Shown in pieces: positions 58,641 to 64,000 of a stretch of 64,000 nt of DNA. Position numbers and translations under genes: made by a program. Positions within the stretch are counted from its first letter, which is position 1; each line of letters begins with the position of its first letter. The stretch is from the human T2T-CHM13v2.0 reference genome, Homo sapiens: NCBI RefSeq assembly GCF_009914755.1, contig NC_060941.1. One strand, given 5' to 3'. The notes under the pieces are model-generated. The model saw only the letters and a program-made list of their open reading frames with translations, made no database searches and was not told where the DNA came from.

Positions 58641-59445
58641 TATTTCTCTGATCACTGGTCACTAAAAAGTGTAGAGATTTCTCCGCACCAACCATTCCTT
58701 CAGCAGATAACAGCTGGGTGTCTCCTAATTCAATTCAATTCTGAAACTCTCTACCTGGACAGTGTCAGACCTCACAGGTTAAGGGCTCAGTCCCACCAGA
58801 CTGTCCCTGCTTCAGATGCCAGTCACAAGTAGTAGGTTGTGACCTGTGCTCCTGCCCAACTGGCTGCAAATCAGGATTCCCAGCATCCCCTCCTCGGGTT
58901 TGATTAATTTGCTACAGTGGCTCACAGAGATCAGGGAAACACTTTACTTACACTTCTTCATTTATTACAAGGGATATTTCAAAGGATGAAAATGAAGAGG
59001 CAGATGGAAGAGGTGCGCAGGGTGAGGCATCTGGGAAGGGGCTCAGAGCTCCCACACCAGCTCCAGACACACCACCCTCCAGACTCCACGTATTCAGCTA
59101 TCTGGGAGCTCTCCAAACCCTGTCCTTGTGGGTTTTCACTGAAGCGGCATTACAGAGGCATCATCAACCACATCACTGGCAATTGGTGATCAGCTCAACC
59201 TTCAGTCCCTCTCGTCTCCCCAGAGGTTGGCAGGTGGGGCTAAAAGTCCCAACTCCCTAATCCCGCCTCTGTCTTTCTGGTGGCCAGCCCCCATCCTGAA
59301 GCTCTCCAGGGTCCCCAGCCACCAGTCATTTCATTAGCACACAAATGACACTCTTAGTACTCTGGAGATTCCAAGGGTTTTAGGAGCTTTTTGCCAGGAA
59401 ATGGGGACGGGGATGAAGACAAAATATCTATCTCAAAATAGCACA
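58641..59445 (-). mobile_element. MER21-family LTR
   Basis: CAGCTGGGTGTCTCCTAATTCAATTCAATTCTGA...GGTTAAGGGCTCAGTCCCAC...GGAGATTCCAAGGGTTTTAGGAGC. Confidence 0.8.
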
Positions 59446-59606
59446 GGAGTTTAAATTCGTAACAGGCTTTCTAACATGCAATTTGTTAAGTCATTGCATG
59501 ACTTAAAAATAAGCTATTCGAAAGCTTTAGAAAGCTATTTGGAAGGAAAAGTTGGTGAGTGTTCATGAAAAGATATGGATGAGGCTGTTCATTTCAGCCT
59601 TATTTA

Positions 59607-59919
59607 TTTGTCTATTTATTTATTTATTTTTTGAGACAGAGTCTCACTCTGTTGCCTAGGCTGGAGTGCAGTGGCACAACAACGGCTCTCTGCAGCCTTG
59701 AAATCTTGGGCTCCAGTGGTTCTCCTGCCTCAGCCTTCTGAGCAGCTGGGACCACATGAGTAGGCTCCTATGCCTAGCTAATTTTTATTTTTTTATTCTT
59801 TGTAGCGACGAGGTCCCCCTGTATTGCCCAGGCTGGTCTTGAATTCCTGGGCTCACATGCCTCTCCCACCTCAACCCTCAAAGTGTTGAGATTACAGGCG
59901 TAAGCCACTATGCTTGGCC
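59607..59919 (-). mobile_element. AluJ-like
   Basis: TSD TCAGCCTTATTT. Confidence 0.9.
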
Positions 59920-59964
59920 TCAGCCTTATTTGTAATGACAAAAGAAAAACAATCTGATCCATCC

Positions 59965-60563
59965 TATAAACTAAAAATAAAATCCTAAGCCACCCCCACT
60001 GACTGAACAGACCCCCTCTTGGCCAAGGGAATCCCAAGCCTTGTTACACTCCTTCCCTTTTGGAGTTTAGGTGCAACTGTCCAGCATTAACATTAGAGAT
60101 CCTAAGACTGACAAGACAGATTCTGTGTCAATAAAAGACCAAATTATAAAGAAGACCTAAGGCCATGCCAGGTGAGGGTTTAGTCAGGCCTGCAGGCCAT
60201 CAACCTTGCTACATAGCATCCTTAACTTAAAACATGCCTTTCCGCTGACATCAAATTTTAGACAGAGCTTACTCCTTTAACCAACTGCAAATTAGAGAAT
60301 CTCTGAATCCATCTATAATCTGTAAACCCCTGCTTCAAGATGTCCCACATATTCAGGTCACACCAATGTACATCTTCCATGTGTTGACTTATGTCTTTGC
60401 CTAGAACTCTTTCCTCCTCAAAATATGTACAACCAAACTAACCCGAGTGCCTCGGGAGTGCTTCCTCAGGCCCTTCAAGACTGTTTCCCCAGGCCACTGT
60501 CACTCATTCACTCATAGTAAACCTTTTTCAAATATTTTACAGAGTTTGGCTTTTCCGTCAATA
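59965..60563 (+). mobile_element. MER4-family solo LTR
   Basis: TATAAACTAAAAATAAAATCCTAAG...TTTCAAATATTTTACAGAGTTTGGCTTTTCCGTCAATA; 4-bp TSD ATCC. Confidence 0.82.
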
Positions 60564-61109
60564 ATCCATGTCTGAGAATTCTTAAATCAGCGTTCCTCAA
60601 TTTAGATTATCTATTTGCTCCTGTCACTGTTTTTGACATACCCTGATATGACCTATGCTTTTACCTAATTCTTCTTGCACATCCGCAGAGACATGTTCTG
60701 TCAGTGTCGCCTCCCAAGTGTATCATGCATCTGTCCACTTGCCGCCATCTCTCTGCTACCCCCTTACTGGGAGTCCTGTCCCTCTTACTTGATGGTAAGT
60801 GCTTTGTGCTTCTTACTTCTTGACAGTAAGCGCTTGCGAATGGTGCTTCTTCCAGCCAATTCTCTTATGCAGCAGCCAAAATCCCGTTATGGAAAAACCA
60901 AGCTTCTTCCTGCTACACAACTTTTTTACTAGCTGCACATTCAGGACAGCCAGTGTCTCATTAATTACTCAGGTCACAATTCCTATTTTTACATCAGAGG
61001 ACCCTTCAATGGCTGACGTCCTGTGCAGTGCTGGCCCCTCCACACACACAGCCCCTTCCCTGCGATGTCACCCTCATAATCCTGGTAGCTATGTGCCATC
61101 AACTCATGT

Positions 61110-61565
61110 ATTTCTTAATAAGAGCTTTAGTGAGACGTCATTTGCATTTCAAGCAATTCACCACTGAAGTGTACAATTCAGCGGTTGGTAGCATATTCAC
61201 AGAGCCGTGAAGCCATTATCCAGTCAATTGCAGAACATTTTCAGCATCCTGAAAGGATGCTCCCCATCCCTTCCAGACCTAAGCAACTGCTCATCTACTT
61301 TCTATTTCTACGAATTTGCCTATTCTGGACATTTCCATGAATGGGGTCATTTATGACCGGCTTCTTTCACTGAACGTGCTGTTTCTGGCGTTCACCATGG
61401 TGTGGCATTTCTCACGTGTGAATGTCGCATTGTGTGGATGGAGCACGTGTTGTTTATTCACTCATCAGTCGGTGAATATTTGGGTTGTTTCCTCTTCTTG
61501 GCTATAATGAATGATGCTGCTAAGAACATTTGTGTGCACGTTTCTGTGTGAACATGTTTTCAAGA
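61110..61565 (-). mobile_element. Old L1M 3' fragment
   Basis: TTTGCCTATTCTGGACATTTC...GGCTATAATGAATGATGCTGCTAAGAACATTTGTGTGCAC. Confidence 0.75.
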
Positions 61566-62129
61566 GTTGTGCTCTTAATACATTTGAGGAAGTTTTGGTG
61601 GAAGAGACCACAAAAAATGGCATATACATCTCAGCCTTCTGTTTATATAGAAAATATTTCTTGAAGGATACATTAAAAATTCTAGCAGCATGAATGTCTC
61701 TGGATAGTGGGCCTTGGGCTAGGTATTATTTAAGAATTTATTGATTTTTTGCATTAAAGAGAAAATATTACTATTCTAATTAAAAATATTATAAGGAAGT
61801 AACATGCCACACTTTGCCTAGCTTGGTTTGCTAGTTCCACGAAGTCACTGGCCTGGCATGCCAGGCCCTGACCCTTCCTGCCTCACTCTTGGATTTGCCA
61901 TAGAAGCACCTGCCATTTGCGCTCCTGCATATGGAATCTGTTTGCTCCGGCTTCAAGCCTTGTGCATTTGTCTTCTGCCTGGACGACACTTCCATCCACG
62001 CCTCTGAGAGACTGAACACTGCTCACCTTTCCCACTCACCTGGGGAGCCTTCCCTTAATCCTCGAGACTAAATTCTCTCAGACACCACATGCCATCACTC
62101 TCCTCATTCTTACCCTCATGTTGACTCCG

Positions 62130-62137
62130 TGTGTGTG

Positions 62138-62168
<31 letters not shown>
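62130..62168 (+). repeat. (TG)n microsatellite
   Basis: About 19 GT units with one interruption. Confidence 0.95.
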
Positions 62169-62629
62169 TAGAGCTGTGTAGTGCTCCTCTTGGAAACAGT
62201 TTCTGAACCCATCTGCAGGCCTGCTGCAGGAGCTTCAGAAGGCACATAGGGAGAGGGATGCTGGAGTGAAGAAGGTCTCTTTATTGGATGTTTTCTTTCT
62301 AATTTCAGGTGGTGACTTTATGCTTGGTGGATCTGAAGCAACATCCTCAAGCACAAAATCATTTTTATGATGTAAAGATCCATCTGGGGGAGCACCTGGC
62401 ACCTGTCAAACACCACCCAGCTCCGCCTAGAACCGGGCTGTGTTTGACCCTGCTCTCTCCTCAGACTGTGCTCCATGTGGACACCTGTGGCTAGCTGGGT
62501 GAGGGGGAAGACTGCGGGATAAAGAGAGAAGGAGGAGGCAGGAGAAATGCACCTGGGCATGCTGCCACCCCAGGCACGCACGTGAAATCTTCGTGGATGG
62601 GCAGGAAATGCCCATCCGTAGTAGCATGG

Positions 62630-63152
62630 GAAGCAGCATGGGGATAAACAAAGACCACTCAAATGAGAGACGCAAAGGCCCCAGCAAGGGAGTCAGCCAT
62701 CGCCAGTTGCATTTTGGTAGAAATTTCCAGGCAGGCAGAGGATGGGAAAAGTTCACAGTGGAAAAAGAGGAGGCTCCAGGTGCACTCCGAGTGGAGGCTG
62801 TTGGCTTGGGGAAGCTGGGGTGGCCGACCAGAAACGGGGCCTCCTGTGTGGTCAGTTAGGGCAGCAGATTTTCTGGTTGGTTCTAAGTTGGAAGCTGGGA
62901 CAAAAATTAGGGAAGCTGTTATTAGTCAAGTTCTGGCTGTTTTGGGCTGGTTGTTACAGGGCGGTGTTAGGCTCCCTGGATTGACTGGAGATAGCGGGCT
63001 GGCTTCCTGCAGGTCTGACTTCTAGTGGGCTGGCTTCCTGGGCTGTTGCTGCAGATCCCAGGCTGGCTTTGGGGCTGGTTGCTGCAGATTATGGCTCAGA
63101 GTTTGATTTTTGTGTGTAGTCTCGCCACTGTCATTGTATATTCAGTCTCTCA
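62630..63152 (-). mobile_element. ERVL LTR (MER76-like)
   Basis: Ends GTATATTCAGTCTCTCA; repeated GGGCTGGCTTCCTG / GTTGCTGCAGAT motifs. Confidence 0.65.
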
Positions 63153-63449
63153 CAGGTCAGCTTATCAGCACCTGCTGGGCCACTCCAGGGCTTGCTACTT
63201 CAACCAAGGGATGGGTCTTGCAGATCTACCTTGCTAGCCCCCATTTCAGATGTGACGCTCGAGTCCTAACAAATGAAGGGCACATGTGTGGAGGCAGCTA
63301 ACAGCACAGAGCCAACTTCTAGGAGAATAGGACGAGAGAACATAAAGATGTATTGAAAACCATAACTCTTGAAAACCGTAAAATCTCAATCCTCAGGCAG
63401 GGTCTGAAATAATCACAACAAAAAGTTCTTTATAAGGACAGAAAACCCA

Positions 63450-64000
<551 letters not shown>

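Noticed and set aside
60585-60990. Possible old hAT fragment or retrocopy
   Set aside because: Only a TIR-like start (CAGCGTTCCTCAA); no identifiable protein or matching end.

Overview
Primate (almost certainly human) non-coding genomic DNA, dense in repeats, with no intact protein-coding gene that I can support. Recognisable genic relics are two processed pseudogenes. A PDLIM1 retrocopy (minus strand, ~3766-4400) has lost its 3'/LIM-domain half and is fused directly to a Tigger1 missing one end. A young RPL21 retrocopy (plus strand, 63450 to the window end) has a GTG start and a locally templated insertion. Much of the rest is nested transposon debris: Tigger1/Tigger2/MER2, MER1B/MER30, L1 fragments, about 20 Alus, MaLR LTRs, a MER9 (HML-3) solo LTR and two decayed MER4-group ERV1 proviruses. 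Non-repeat features of interest are: three CpG-rich promoter-like islands (11.4-12.2, 15.95-16.2, 22.7-23.3 kb) with no obvious target gene; two co-oriented CTCF motifs; a ~0.7 kb polypurine/G-rich tract; two AT-rich blocks with orphan exon-like segments; and a 148-bp, ~96% identical inverted repeat that I do not recognise as a transposon (35265-35412 / 36041-36188). From memory only, unverified, a PDLIM1/RPL21 pseudogene pair of this kind lies at 17p11.2 near KCNJ12/LINC02693. Repeat subfamily names come from recalled consensus sequences, not from a RepeatMasker run. I found no convincing novel biological system; the inverted repeat and the orphan promoter/exon relics are the best leads.
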